Translations under genes and position numbers: made by a program
Part shown: positions 34,406 through 45,382 of the stretch, in pieces
How positions within the stretch are numbered: the stretch's first letter is position 1
Layout of the letters: each line of letters opens with the position of its first letter
Notes under the pieces: generated by a model
What the model saw: only the letters and a program-made list of their open reading frames with translations
What the model was told of the DNA's origin: nothing
Databases searched by the model: none
Assembly: GCA_001275005.1 (NCBI GenBank)
Contig: JWZX01003266.1
Span: 1-50,099 of the forward strand
Reading direction: 5' to 3'
DNA length: 50,099 bases
DNA from: Chrysochromulina tobinii
Lineage: Eukaryota

Positions 34406-36092
34406 TCACAGCAGACCCGGGATCGTTGGCGCAAACGGCCCGAGTGCGTCGCGCATCGCCTTGGCCGCCTGACGGGCCAGCTTGACGTGCGGCTCGTCGG
34501 GCTCCAATGGGATGGGTGTCGCCACCTCGCGGCCGACGCACGCATTGGCGGCCTCCATGCCCGTCACATACGCCTTCTCCTGAGACCAGCTGCCGTGCGA
34601 AGAACGCACGTAGTCGCCGCAGTACTTGACGTTCTCGAAGGCGGTGCTTCGCGTCGCTGGCAACAGCGGGTACGATCCGGGGCTGAACCATGTGACACTG
34701 TTGGGCAATCGCACGACCGCCGAGTCGAGCACCTTTGCGTTGCGGAGGGCGGGCACGATTGCCTTGAGGTGACCGTGCGCGCGCTCGACGAGGTCCGCGT
34801 CCGAGAGGGCCAGCATCGCCGCCGAGTTGTAAAAGTCGATCTCGATGACAGCTCCGGGTTCGTCATCGAACTTTGGCGCCTGGATGGCGCGAAGGTCAAA
34901 GAAGGTGGTGCCCGTGCCCTCTTCAAAGCCCCACGCCGGGTTGGCCGAGTACGGAAGGGTGACAGGGCTGTCGAACCAGAGGCGGATGGCAAGACAGTCC
35001 GTTCCGCGCAAGCGAGTGAAGCCACCAAACTCGCGAGTCGCCGCGAGCATCGGGGAGCTCGCGGCGAGGCCACGCAGCGCCGACACGCCGACGGCGAGCA
35101 CCACCTGGCCGAGAGGGCACTCAATTGCACTCAGAGATCAATCGTAGACCATCATAGGTCATCACAGCCGACCACCTGGGTCGTAATAGACAATCAGAGG
35201 TCATCACAGACAATCAAGTGGAGAGCACCTCATCAGCCTCGATGCGCGAACCGTCTGAGAGCTCGAGGGCCTCGATGCGCTTGGCGCTCGCCGAGGGCAC
35301 GAGCTGCGCCACGCGCACGCCCGCGCGCAGCTCGACGCCGCGCGCCGCGAGCTGCGCGAGCCACGGATCGAAGAGCAGCTCGCCCACGTCGCCCTTACAC
35401 CAGCGAACGTCGAATGCGCCCTGGCTCTTGAGTACGAAAAAGTAGGCCATGCCCATCGCGGCCGCTGCGGAGACTTGGGTGCCCGGCGCGAAGAGGCCCG
35501 TCAGGATCATCGGCTCGAAGGCCTCCTCGTACAGCCGCGACGAGACGCCCATCCGGGCACACAAGTCCCGAAACGTCATACGGTCGTACCGCTTCATGAT
35601 CGCCTCGTCGTTGAAGTCGAGCTCACTGAAGGCAGCCACGAGCGGCGCGGCGGTCGCGAGGTCGGTTGGCGGCAGGTTCAGAAACTTGGTGTACAAGCCT
35701 TGGGCCAGGCCGGTGGGCAGCCGCGGCTGATCCTTGAAGACGGGCCAGATCGCTTCCAGGCCCTTGGGCGAGTATTGGCCCTGCTCCGCGTACTGCGTGA
35801 AGACATCGTCGGCGTTGAGGCCCAGTTCGTCAACCAGCGCGAATATGTTGTGGTATTCGGACCAGAAGCCGTGCTGGCCGGCTTCGGCGCGGCGACCGCC
35901 CGCCGTTTTGAAGCCGTCGCGTACGAGACCGCCAACGCGGGGCGCAGCATCAATGAGGACGACTTCCACGCCCGGCTGCTTGCTCAGTTGATGCGCCGCA
36001 CTAAGGCCGCCCCAGCCAGCGCCGACGACGGCGACCTTGAGGCTAGCGGCGCAAGGTAATGCAACGAGCAAGAAAAGATTCACGGCCATCAT
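34406..36092 (-). CDS. FAD-dependent oxidoreductase of the amine oxidase / carotenoid desaturase-like family, with signal peptide; intron 35105..35228
   Basis: VVGAGWGGLSAA, EAGQHGFW, CGDYV...GSWSQEKAYVTG. Splicing gives IEADE|VVLAVGV. Confidence 0.85.
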
Positions 36093-36373
36093 GCACGCAC
36101 ACATACAGGATTCCAGAGAAGCAGAGATCGCGAAATGTGTGAAGAACCATTGACTGTGAAGACACTTTGGTCCCCGCTCTCGCGTGTCGCGAGCGCCGGA
36201 GCGCCGCCCGGGGCCCGGCCGCCCGTGGAACAATCGCGAATAACGTAAGAATAAAAAAGAATGATGCGGGGGTGACTGCAAGAAATGATGGAGCATGCCG
36301 GGTCGCCGTGGCAGACACGCCTATGGCATGAGGCATGCTCCATGCTCCATGAGGCCACGTGCTTGCCGGAGCG

Positions 36374-37276
36374 TCAGAAGACCTGTTGAAACCTTGTTGT
36401 ACCCGATTGCATCGGCAAGACGCCCTCCGTCTCAAAGCGCGTCGCCGCGGCCGGGTTCAATGGCTGGGGGCCTCCGACTCCACTGGTCATCCAGCAGTCC
36501 TTGTAGCCCGCTCGCTCCGACTGCTGCTTCTCGAGATAGAAGCAGAAGACGAGGAATTGCGAATGTGGGGGATGGAACCCTTCTGGACATGTTGAATACA
36601 CGACGAGGATGGACGCCTGCAAAAGGTCATCGAGCTGCTCGTCGTCCACCTGAACCTCACCCACCCAACCGTGCTTGGCCGTGCACATGACGCCATAGGC
36701 GGTTCGTATCATACCCGCAAAACGCGCGAGCGGGCCTGTAACCGCGCGGTTGGAGGGCGAGGCAAACTCGAAGCACTGCGCCATACCCTTGTCGTCGTTT
36801 GAATGCAAGGCGAGCATCTGGTTCGTCACGACCTGAACCGGGCTGAGCAATGGGGACGGTGCCATGCAGCAGCCGATGGCACGCCATTGGCGGCCCACGG
36901 CACCATCGGCCCATGAGCGCAGAGCCTGGAGCGAGAGCGGCGTGATCTGAGGACATCCTGACACGTCGAGGGTTGTAAGCCGGGTCAGCAAACGAAGCAA
37001 AAACGCGACCAACGCATCATCGACGTGAACGCAGCCGGCGAGCTCTAGGTGCTCCAGGTGCGGGCAACGCGAGACGTGCGCGCGTATCTCCGCGAAAGGC
37101 GTGTCTGCCACGAGCACGCAGCGTTGCTCAGCTGCATCTGCGTGCTGCTTGTGCTCCATCGAGACCTCGCGGCAGCCGCCGTGACCGATCGCGCGGCAGA
37201 AGATTGTGGCTGTGAGCTCGGGTGGGAGCTGCGGCGGCTCCGCTGGTTGCGGATCCAAAGTCGATGGTGTTAGCAT
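36374..37276 (-). CDS. F-box-like/cysteine-LRR N-terminus fused to a DUF4864-like domain
   Basis: LPPELTATIF; CPHLEHLELAGC, LTTLDVSGCPQIT; SPVQVVTNQMLAL...CFEFASPSNRAVTGPLARFAGMI. Start uncertain (ORF open from 37357). Confidence 0.65.
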   Translation of the reverse strand: MLTPSTLDPQPAEPPQLPPELTATIFCRAIGHGGCREVSMEHKQHADAAEQRCVLVADTPFAEIRAHVSRCPHLEHLELAGCVHVDDALVAFLLRLLTRLTTLDVSGCPQITPLSLQALRSWADGAVGRQWRAIGCCMAPSPLLSPVQVVTNQMLALHSNDDKGMAQCFEFASPSNRAVTGPLARFAGMIRTAYGVMCTAKHGWVGEVQVDDEQLDDLLQASILVVYSTCPEGFHPPHSQFLVFCFYLEKQQSERAGYKDCWMTSGVGGPQPLNPAAATRFETEGVLPMQSGTTRFQQVF

Positions 37277-37990
37277 GTGGGCGAGAGAGAAGAAGAGAGG
37301 GTTGTGAACGTTAACACGACAGATGTGAGAACCGGTGCTACGGGGTGTGCGGGTCATGTTCGAGTTGAGCTTGTAACCGTAGCAAAAAATCCTTCATCAA
37401 CATCAAGGGGCGCCTCTCAGCACTCAGGCCGCGCCTGTGACACTCAATGAGTCACGCGTGCGGGCGCCCCCGGGCTTGTGGGGAAACACTGAGAGGCCGG
37501 ATCTAAGCCCTATGGTGTGCGTGCGCCTTAGCCTGGAAAGTTTCGCGGTCGTGCCGGTCGTGTCCGCGCCGACCGTCGCGCCCGCCAGTCCTCCGACCTT
37601 ACCTCCGACTGCCGTCGCTGAAGCTACGACCGCCGAAGCTCCGACTGCGCGACTGGCCCCGAAGCTCCGACCGAGATCAAGCGTGTAGCGTGACTGACAC
37701 TGAGGGAGAATCAGTCTTGGCACTCGTCCTCCCCTTGTCACGACCATTTTTTGCGCTTAAAAAGAGCTGTTCTATTTCTTTTAACTAATAATACTTATTG
37801 GCGTGGATTGTGGATAACACGCACAGACACCGGCAGCGGCGCGGCGGCGGCGAGAGGGCGAAAGGGGCACGTCTGGGCCTCAGGGAGGGGGGGTGCGGGC
37901 TCTCGACCCCTGTGGCCACGCCCTGACCTCCTCCCCTCCTCGACCCTCCCCCTTCCGGCACTGCAGACTCCTCCTCCACCTCCTCTACGG

Positions 37991-39043
37991 TCAATCGTCA
38001 TCATGGTTGTCGTTGCCCTCCTCTGGATCATACTGCACACGCCAGTGCACATGCTGGAGCGCGCGCGTGATGACGCCCGCCTCGTCAAGCTCTCGCCGGG
38101 TGAAAACGCACACAGACCTCCCCTTTTGGTACGCGCGCCCCGTGCGCCCGGCAATGTGGATGTACGCCTCGGCCGAGATCGGCATCATCGAGAGGATCAC
38201 GAGCCTCAGCTGTGGAAGGTCCAGGCCGCGGATCGCACTCTCATGCGCTACGATGAGCTTCCAGCGCTCCGCTCCCGCTCGCAGGGCTCGGCGGCCCGCC
38301 TCAAGCACGGCAGCCTCGTGCGCCGCACGGGCCTCTTCGTCACCCGCCCATGCGCCATCGTCCGATTGCATGCTATCCGAGTCATCCGTGGTCCCGGTCG
38401 CCACCGCCGCCTTCAGTTGTTTCGTGAGCTTTTCCGGCTGGGCCCACGCCGGAAGAGGCGCTGCCTCGCCGTTGCCAACAACCGTCGCCGACTCGTCGCT
38501 CGAGCTCGCCGCCGCAGACGTCGCTTCAGAGTGGTGCCTCGCAGCGGCCGTGCCGAGCGCACCGAGCTCGATGGCTCCGTGCACCCCCTCCGCTCGCAAC
38601 TCTGCGAGCACGTCCATCATCCTCAAGCCATCGCGCACCACGAGCAGCGCACGGCCACCCCGCAGCGCCTCCTCCGCCGCGAGCGCCGCGATGAGCGCCG
38701 TCTTGCGCCGCTCGCGGCACACGACAATCTCATGCGAAATTGCGCGGGGCACACCGACGGGCAGGAGCCCACCGCGCACGCCGTAGCCGGCCGCAGCTAC
38801 CGACGTTGAGGGCGCCACGTTGTCGTCGTCGTCGTCATCGTACTCCCCAGTGCCCGCAGTGTCCGCAGCTTTGGCGGCAGCCCCAGCCGCCGCCGCCATC
38901 TCCATCTCCTCGAGGAGTCGAGAGCGGAGCCGAGCACCGAGCTGTCGAGTGCCAAGCCAATCGTCGAGCTCGAGCTCTCGAATCTTGGCCTCCCACGATG
39001 CGTCCTGCACCGGCATGGCTGGGCGAGGCGCCCGCGCCTCACC

Positions 39044-39075
<32 letters not shown>

Positions 39076-39914
39076 ACGACGGCACCTGCGCCATAGCGGG
39101 CGTAGCGAGGCCAAGCTTGCCCGCGCTCTTACCTGAGAAGGGAGGCACTCAGAGAACATCGGAGGTCATCAAGAGGCAATCATGGCTCATCGGTGGCCGC
39201 TCTCCGACCTACTACAAATGCGAGGTCACGCATGACGCGCGCCGAGAGGGTTGCCGAGGCGAGAACGAGCTGCACGCGCGTGTGCTCGGCGTCCTTGCGC
39301 CGCTCGACGAGACGGCGCAGCGCCTGTGCCTGCGGCAGCTTTTCCATCGCGCGGTTGCGCCGGCTCCGGTTGAGCATGCCGCCCTTGCCCTTGGGGCCGA
39401 GGATCGCATCTGACTCATCGAGCACCAACGTCCGTAGCGTGCGCCGCAGATCGGCGAGCACCTGCTCGCCGCCGCGCGCCTCGAGCACAGCGTTCAGCTT
39501 TGCAAGCTGGCCCGCGGTCGCGATGAGCACTGGCGCGTCCTGCTGCGCCAGCGACGTCCGCAGCAGATCCGGTTCTGTGCCTCGTAGCAACACAGCCGCC
39601 ATGGGCGACAGCGCCTGCACGTGCTCGAGGGTTTGCACGGCCAGCTCACGAGTGGGCACGCACACGAGCACCTGACGCGGCACGCCCACGCGAAGCCGTA
39701 GCAGCAGCGGCAGCATGAAGCTGAGCGTCTTGCCGCTACCCGTCTGCGAGTGGATGGCAAGCGACTCACCGGCAAAGACGCGGCTCATCGCCGCCTGCTG
39801 GATGGGCAGCGGCCGACGAGCACCCATCATCCGCACGCGCGCTAGCAGCGAGGAGGGCAGCGGGATGCCACCGAAGGTGGTGCTGCTCGTCGCGGTCGTC
39901 ATGGACCGTCGCAT
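37991..39914 (-). CDS. DEAD-box-like RNA helicase with DESD motif II variant; intron 39133..39208
   Basis: Q motif LPIQ, SQTGSGKT, PTRELA, LDESD, SAT, AIRGLD, HIAGRTGR. Splicing gives AFVVG|KSAGK. Confidence 0.85.
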
Positions 39915-39935
39915 TGGCTTTCTCACGCCAAAAGA

Positions 39936-42900
39936 GTGGCGAAAGAAGGCACGTCTTCGTTTCCCGTACTACAATTTGTATGTACGATTAAACTACCTGC
40001 AGCCAGCACATTTATTGGGGCCGAAAAGGCGACAATTTCCGAAAGAGAGCACGTCCTTGTTTGGATCTCCTCAAGGCGGCACATTCGCGGCACTCCACGA
40101 CGCATGCTCCCGCTGAGCGCTTTTCTCCATTGCGGATGCGTGCTCGAGACACCGCTCGAGGGCATCTTCTTCGCGCCAATCGACACGACGGTGCCGCCGA
40201 GGGACGCAGCTAAGCCACGGAAGCCGCAGCCAGCGAAAGATTTATTTCGCGAGCAGCGGCGAGAAGACCTGGTCGCCACTCATGCAGGCATGGCTACCGA
40301 TGCGATGAATCGGTTGATCAACGAGGAGTGGGCAAGGCTCAACGAGGCTGCCAAGGCACCCTTCAAGGCGCAGGCGCAGGCGGACGTCGAGCGCTATAAG
40401 GCGGCCATTCAGCGCTACGAGCCAAGCCTTGAGTACCTGACAGCGCTCACAGCCTACGAGAAGGCCAAGGCCCTCGAAGAGGCGACGTCTGCCGAGGGCA
40501 GCCGAGCGGTGCAAGAGACTAGTGTCACCGCGGTTGCGGCGCGAGCAGCCAAGGAGGACGAGCCGGCACGGGTCGCGAAACCGACTCCCGAGGCTGTCAG
40601 ACAGATCGAGACTAGTGCAACAACGTGTGTTGCCACGAGTGGCGCCGGTGCCAACGGCACCGTAGCCGATCGCGTAGACGCTGCAGGTGGCGCGGTCTCC
40701 GCCGATGGTCCGGAAGGTGCGAGCGAGGGCCCGTCAAGTTCGGGCGCCGCGTTGCCGCCGGTGCCCTCGTCACCATTCGGCGAGCAGCCAGGCTCCCCGG
40801 ACGACTGCTTTGGGCGTCGTCCGCGCTCGTCGCTCTCACGCTCGCGCTCATCGAGCGTGGATTGCAGCGGCCGACGCAGCCCAAGCCGCAGACGTGGTCG
40901 GGATCGCGATCGCGATCGCTTTTCGAGCGCAGCAGAGCGCCTCGACCGACGCGGCCCGAGTCGCAGCCCAAGCCGCAGCCCACGCCGTAGCCGCGGCCGG
41001 GCTCGCAGCCGTAGCCCCCCCTCCTCGTCTGAGCGCCGTTCTGAGCGCGTACGGCGACCACCGGAGGATCGACGGCGCGACGAATCTGACGAATCTCCCG
41101 CCCGGCGTGGTGCCCGTAGCCGAAGCCGTAGCAGTAGGCGAAGCCGCAGCCGACGGCGCTGCCCACGCCGCAGCCGCAGCCGCAGCCGCAGCCGCAGCCG
41201 CAGCCGCAGCCGCGATCGCGCTCCTCGCAGGCGAAGCCGCAGTCCCACTCGAAGTCCCAACGATCGGGCTCGCGGCTCTTGGCGCAGCCGCAGCCACAGC
41301 CGGAGCCGCCGCAGCAGCAGCCCGGCGGATCCTCCACTGTGGCGACTCCGGCAATACGTGGCAACTCCGGCCATCACCTGCGCCATAGGGCTGCTGCAGG
41401 CCACCCCCTCGAAGAAGATGCTGCTGTCGGCACTCTGTGCGAGCTTGTACCAGCAAGGCTTCAAGGGCGAGATCGCGGCGGCGCGCGGGCCCAAGCGACT
41501 CTTTCTCTCGTGCCCGTTGCTCGTGTGCGAGTTTGACGATTGCAAGCAGGGCGGCGAGCTCGTCATCATGCTCCCTGAGGCGGCAGCTGGCAACGCCGCC
41601 GCCGCCGCCGCTGCCGCCGCTGCATCGGGCGCCAAGAGCGCCTCCACCTTCGCCGCCGGTGGGGCGCCTCCTGAAGCAAGTGCGCGTGTCGCGGCTGCTC
41701 CACTGTCGACGAAAGCCAAGGCGACGGTTGGCAACCCGGCGGATGCGAGTGGCGATTCCCACAGGGCTGTGGCGGCTGCGGCGGCGCGCCTGCGGGCTTG
41801 TACGCCGTCGGCGGCGGAGAAGGCTGAGAGGGAAGAGCGGCTCAAGGCCTTTCCATCGCGCACCGTCGAGTGCCGATGTGGTTTGAGAGTCCACATCCCT
41901 CAGGGAAAGCCATCTGCCTCGTGCGCGGGCTGCCGAGCAGTGTGCAGCTCAGATGCTCCCCGTGACGCACCTGAAGCCGCTCCCCGTGGCGCACCTGAAG
42001 CCACCAGAGGATACGTGGCAACTCCGGCCATCACCTGCGCCATAGGGCTGCTGCAGGCCACCCCCTCGAAGAAGATGCTGCTGTCGGCACTCTGTGCGAG
42101 CTTGTACCAGCAAGGCTTCAAGGGCGAGATCGCGGCGGCGCGCGGACCCAAGCGCCTCTTTCTCTCGTGCCCGTTGCTCGTGTGCGAGTTTGACGATTGC
42201 AAGCAGGGCGGCGAGCTCATCATGCTCCCTGAGGCGGCAGCTGGCAACGCCGCCGCCGCCGCCGCTGCCGCCGCTGCATCCGGCGCCAATACCGCCTCCA
42301 CCTTCGCCGCCGGTGGGGCGCCTCCCGAAGCAAGTGCGCGTGTCGCGGCTGCTCCACCCGTGAGCGCGAGCGCGGCTGGCTCGGCTGCTCCCGCCTTGCC
42401 GCCGGTGCCATCGCCTCCTGACACCGTGCCCGAAACGGCGCTGGCTCGCGCACCCCCTTGGGTATACGACCCGACCACCAAGCGGCTTGTGTTCCGAGAG
42501 GGGCTTTGTGGGGCCATCTTCGGGGCGACCAACACGACGCTCGACGAGTGCCTGCAGCGCAACCTCTTTGGACTGCCGCACACGCGCCGCGCGCTCGTCG
42601 CCGCCATCTCAAAGCAGCACGAGACACCGAGCCTGCCACCGCCCGTGCTCTTCCTCTTCAACTTCCAGAAGCGCGAGCTGCACGGTGTCTTCGCCGCGAG
42701 CGGCCCGGCCGGTTTCCCGCTGCACGCGGATGCGTGGGTCAAAGGAAGCTGGTCGACGGAGCTAGGCGGACCCATGGCCAAGCCGCCAAGGGCCACGTCG
42801 AAACACACGACACAGTTCCCCGCGCAGATTCCGGTCGAGCGGCTGCACGTGTTCGCGCCGCTCGCGGAGACCGTCTTTCGCCATGTGATGAAGTACCACT

Positions 42901-43034
42901 CGCAGAACAAGTTCGACCTCTCGCTGAGCGCCGAGCAGGTCGAGCAGCTAGTGTGCCTCTTCATCGAGCAGGCGAAATCGCACGGGTACGGGGATTCGCG
43001 CAGTGCACACGCGAAGGCGAGCGGTGCTCCGTGA
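39936..43034 (+). CDS. HMG-box / RS-rich / internally duplicated / DCD (development and cell death) domain protein; 5' structure uncertain
   Basis: HMG: KPRKPQPAKDLF...INEEWARLNEAAKAPF...ERYK. RS repeats. DCD: GAIFGATNTTLDECLQRNLFGLP, LFLFNFQKRELHGVF, QFPAQI, NKFDLSLSAEQV. Confidence 0.78.
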   Translation: MAKEGTSSFPVLQFVCTIKLPAASTFIGAEKATISEREHVLVWISSRRHIRGTPRRMLPLSAFLHCGCVLETPLEGIFFAPIDTTVPPRDAAKPRKPQPAKDLFREQRREDLVATHAGMATDAMNRLINEEWARLNEAAKAPFKAQAQADVERYKAAIQRYEPSLEYLTALTAYEKAKALEEATSAEGSRAVQETSVTAVAARAAKEDEPARVAKPTPEAVRQIETSATTCVATSGAGANGTVADRVDAAGGAVSADGPEGASEGPSSSGAALPPVPSSPFGEQPGSPDDCFGRRPRSSLSRSRSSSVDCSGRRSPSRRRGRDRDRDRFSSAAERLDRRGPSRSPSRSPRRSRGRARSRSPPSSSERRSERVRRPPEDRRRDESDESPARRGARSRSRSSRRSRSRRRCPRRSRSRSRSRSRSRSRDRAPRRRSRSPTRSPNDRARGSWRSRSHSRSRRSSSPADPPLWRLRQYVATPAITCAIGLLQATPSKKMLLSALCASLYQQGFKGEIAAARGPKRLFLSCPLLVCEFDDCKQGGELVIMLPEAAAGNAAAAAAAAAASGAKSASTFAAGGAPPEASARVAAAPLSTKAKATVGNPADASGDSHRAVAAAAARLRACTPSAAEKAEREERLKAFPSRTVECRCGLRVHIPQGKPSASCAGCRAVCSSDAPRDAPEAAPRGAPEATRGYVATPAITCAIGLLQATPSKKMLLSALCASLYQQGFKGEIAAARGPKRLFLSCPLLVCEFDDCKQGGELIMLPEAAAGNAAAAAAAAAASGANTASTFAAGGAPPEASARVAAAPPVSASAAGSAAPALPPVPSPPDTVPETALARAPPWVYDPTTKRLVFREGLCGAIFGATNTTLDECLQRNLFGLPHTRRALVAAISKQHETPSLPPPVLFLFNFQKRELHGVFAASGPAGFPLHADAWVKGSWSTELGGPMAKPPRATSKHTTQFPAQIPVERLHVFAPLAETVFRHVMKYHSQNKFDLSLSAEQVEQLVCLFIEQAKSHGYGDSRSAHAKASGAP
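41354..42357 (+). repeat. About 350-bp near-identical direct repeat (41354..41703 and 42011..42357) inside the DCD gene
   Basis: Both copies start atacgtggcaactccggcc and end gcggctgctccac; they differ by a few SNPs and a 3-bp indel. Confidence 0.95.
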
Positions 43035-43266
43035 ACGTCATAAACGTCAAGCCTGTGTCGTGTAAGAATCACCTACCTTGCCCTCTGAAGTGTGTGTCCG
43101 GGGCTCCCCCCGGTGTCTTACCGCGTCTAGCCGAGATGACTCATCCGAATGTGTCGCGTGGACGAAGACCCTCTGCACCTTTGTGACGGGCGACTTCCTG
43201 GAAACTTGCTAACTTCCTCAACTTGTTAGTTTCGCAAATTTCGACCTCGCGCCTCGCGCGGTGTCG

Positions 43267-45249
43267 ATGGAATTCGTGCCGCCGCCCGCGTCGACATGGC
43301 TGACGTGCACAGAATTGGCCGCAGTCACGAATGCTCTCACGACGAGTATTGGCAAGTGCGCCGCCCCATGGAGCAGCAGCCAGGAATCTGCCGATCTCAC
43401 CGAGCACGAAACGCTCATGTCCATGCCACTCACGGTGGTGATCTTCGGTGCCACGGGCGATCTCGCAAAGAAGAAGCTGTTCCCAGCGCTCTACCAGCTT
43501 TGCCTTCACAAGCATCTACCTCGCTCGCTTGATATCGTTGGGTATGGTCGCAGCGACGTCAATCTGCCTGAATTCATCAACAAGCAGTGTGCTGGGATCA
43601 AAGAGGATCCCCAATATGCGAAGCACCTGTTCACCTCGCGGATTCGCTTCCACGCCGGCGGATATGACGAGGACGAGTCGTACGCACGCCTCGCGGCGTC
43701 GATTTGCGAGTACGAGGCGACGCAGCCTGCTGCGAATGGAATCGGCAACCGGCTCTACTTTCTGAGCGTGCCGCCTTCTGTGTTTGGCGCGGTGGTGGAC
43801 GCAGTCTCCAAGCACGGCCGCGCGCCCGCGGGCGGCTTCACGCGGCTTATGATCGAGAAGCCTTTTGGCCGTGACTCGGGCACGTTTGCTGAGCTCAATC
43901 AGTTGACGAGCTCGTGCTTCCGCGAGAGCCAGCTCTTCCGGTTAGATCACTACCTTGGCAAAGAGGTCATCCTCAACATACCGACGCTGCGATGGGCCAA
44001 CCAAATCTTCGAGCCGGTCTGGAGTCGGCAGTACATCGAGAGCGTGCAGCTCACGTTCAAGGAGGATCTTGGCACGGCTGGGCGCGGCGGCTACTTCGAC
44101 AGTGTCGGCATCATCCGCGACATTATCCAAAACCACCTCCTTCAAGCGTTCATGTGGCTAGCGATGGAGCCACCGACAGCGATGTCGGCTGCCGAGATCG
44201 TTAAGGCAAAGGTCAGCCTCCTTCGCTCCGTCAGCACCCTATACCTTGGTGATGGCGACGGCGGCGGTGGCTTCGGGAGCGTCTTCCTGGGCCAGTACAG
44301 CCGCCATGGCGACGAGCCAGGATATCTGGACGACAAGACGGTCCCGGCGGGCTCGACGTGCCCTACGTTTGCGGCGTGCGTCCTCGAAGTGAACACGGCG
44401 CGCTGGCGAGGCGTCCCTTTTCTCTTCACCGCCGGCAAGGGCATGGACGAGCGCGTCTGCGAGCTCCGCGTGCGCTTCAAGCCGCAACCGCACAACGCGA
44501 TGATGGGCATCGTCGGCCACCAGAACGAGCTCGTGATGCGTATCCAGCCAGATGAGGCCCTGTACATCATCTCTGTGGCCAAGGAGCCTGGCATCACTGC
44601 CGAACAGGTGCGCAAGCCCGTCGTGATGGACATGTCATACGCGCAGCAGTTTACTGGCGCGTACCTGGGCGACGCGTACGAGCGCATGTTCCTCAACTGC
44701 GCGCGCGGCGACCAGTCCCTTTTCGTCTCCGAAGCCGAGCTCTTCGAGGCGTGGAGGATCTTCACGCCCCTCCTTCACGAGATCGACGAGCGCAGGCCGC
44801 AGCCAGTGCGCCACCCGTTCGGTTTGTATCCGCGAGGGTACCACGAGTGGGTGGCCGCGCGTGGCGTGACGATCCGCGAGACATGGAACGAGTTCATCGC
44901 GCTCCACGGCGATCGTGTCGATGAGATGAGGCAGGTGTTCAACGAGCTCGACAAGGATAAGAGTGGGACGCTCGACTTTTCTGAGCTGACTGCGCTCGCC
45001 AAACGCTTTTACGATGGCCGAGAGCCAACACTGAAGCGGATACGCGCCATCTTCGATGAGTTGGGCACCGGTGGGGAGCATAGAGAGCACCGCTTTGATG
45101 CGTCGGAGGACGCGGGGCGCAGAGGGCAGATCACATTCGAGCAGATGCTCGCGAGCGCGCAGCGGATGCAGCGCGCCTTCGAGGTCGAGCTCGACGACCA
45201 CCGCCCCTACAATTTGGAAAACCAAAAGTCGGATCGCGTAATGAAGTAA
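43267..45249 (+). CDS. G6PD: Glucose-6-phosphate 1-dehydrogenase with C-terminal EF-hand extension
   Basis: GATGDLAKKK, EKPFGRD, RLDHYLGKE, GRGGYFD, RDIIQNHL, DAYER; tail DKDKSGTLDFSEL. Confidence 0.95.
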   Translation: MEFVPPPASTWLTCTELAAVTNALTTSIGKCAAPWSSSQESADLTEHETLMSMPLTVVIFGATGDLAKKKLFPALYQLCLHKHLPRSLDIVGYGRSDVNLPEFINKQCAGIKEDPQYAKHLFTSRIRFHAGGYDEDESYARLAASICEYEATQPAANGIGNRLYFLSVPPSVFGAVVDAVSKHGRAPAGGFTRLMIEKPFGRDSGTFAELNQLTSSCFRESQLFRLDHYLGKEVILNIPTLRWANQIFEPVWSRQYIESVQLTFKEDLGTAGRGGYFDSVGIIRDIIQNHLLQAFMWLAMEPPTAMSAAEIVKAKVSLLRSVSTLYLGDGDGGGGFGSVFLGQYSRHGDEPGYLDDKTVPAGSTCPTFAACVLEVNTARWRGVPFLFTAGKGMDERVCELRVRFKPQPHNAMMGIVGHQNELVMRIQPDEALYIISVAKEPGITAEQVRKPVVMDMSYAQQFTGAYLGDAYERMFLNCARGDQSLFVSEAELFEAWRIFTPLLHEIDERRPQPVRHPFGLYPRGYHEWVAARGVTIRETWNEFIALHGDRVDEMRQVFNELDKDKSGTLDFSELTALAKRFYDGREPTLKRIRAIFDELGTGGEHREHRFDASEDAGRRGQITFEQMLASAQRMQRAFEVELDDHRPYNLENQKSDRVMK

Positions 45250-45382
45250 GAGGGCGGTAAGGGACGATCCGTCATGCCTTCACACCGCGCCGTGTTGGTA
45301 GAATGTTTGAGAGATTGCTCGGAAGGTGCGCGATCTCCGAAAGAATCTCAAGCCCGCGTTACTTTCGGCATAGGTTCCTATT

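Noticed and set aside
37424..37747. Small Pro/Thr/Ala-rich ORFs between the DUF4864-like and helicase genes
   Set aside because: Low complexity, no motif, and no clear splice link to neighbours
40454..43072. Long minus-strand ORFs (480, 390, 348 aa)
   Set aside because: Antisense shadows of the HMG/RS/DCD gene caused by GC3 bias
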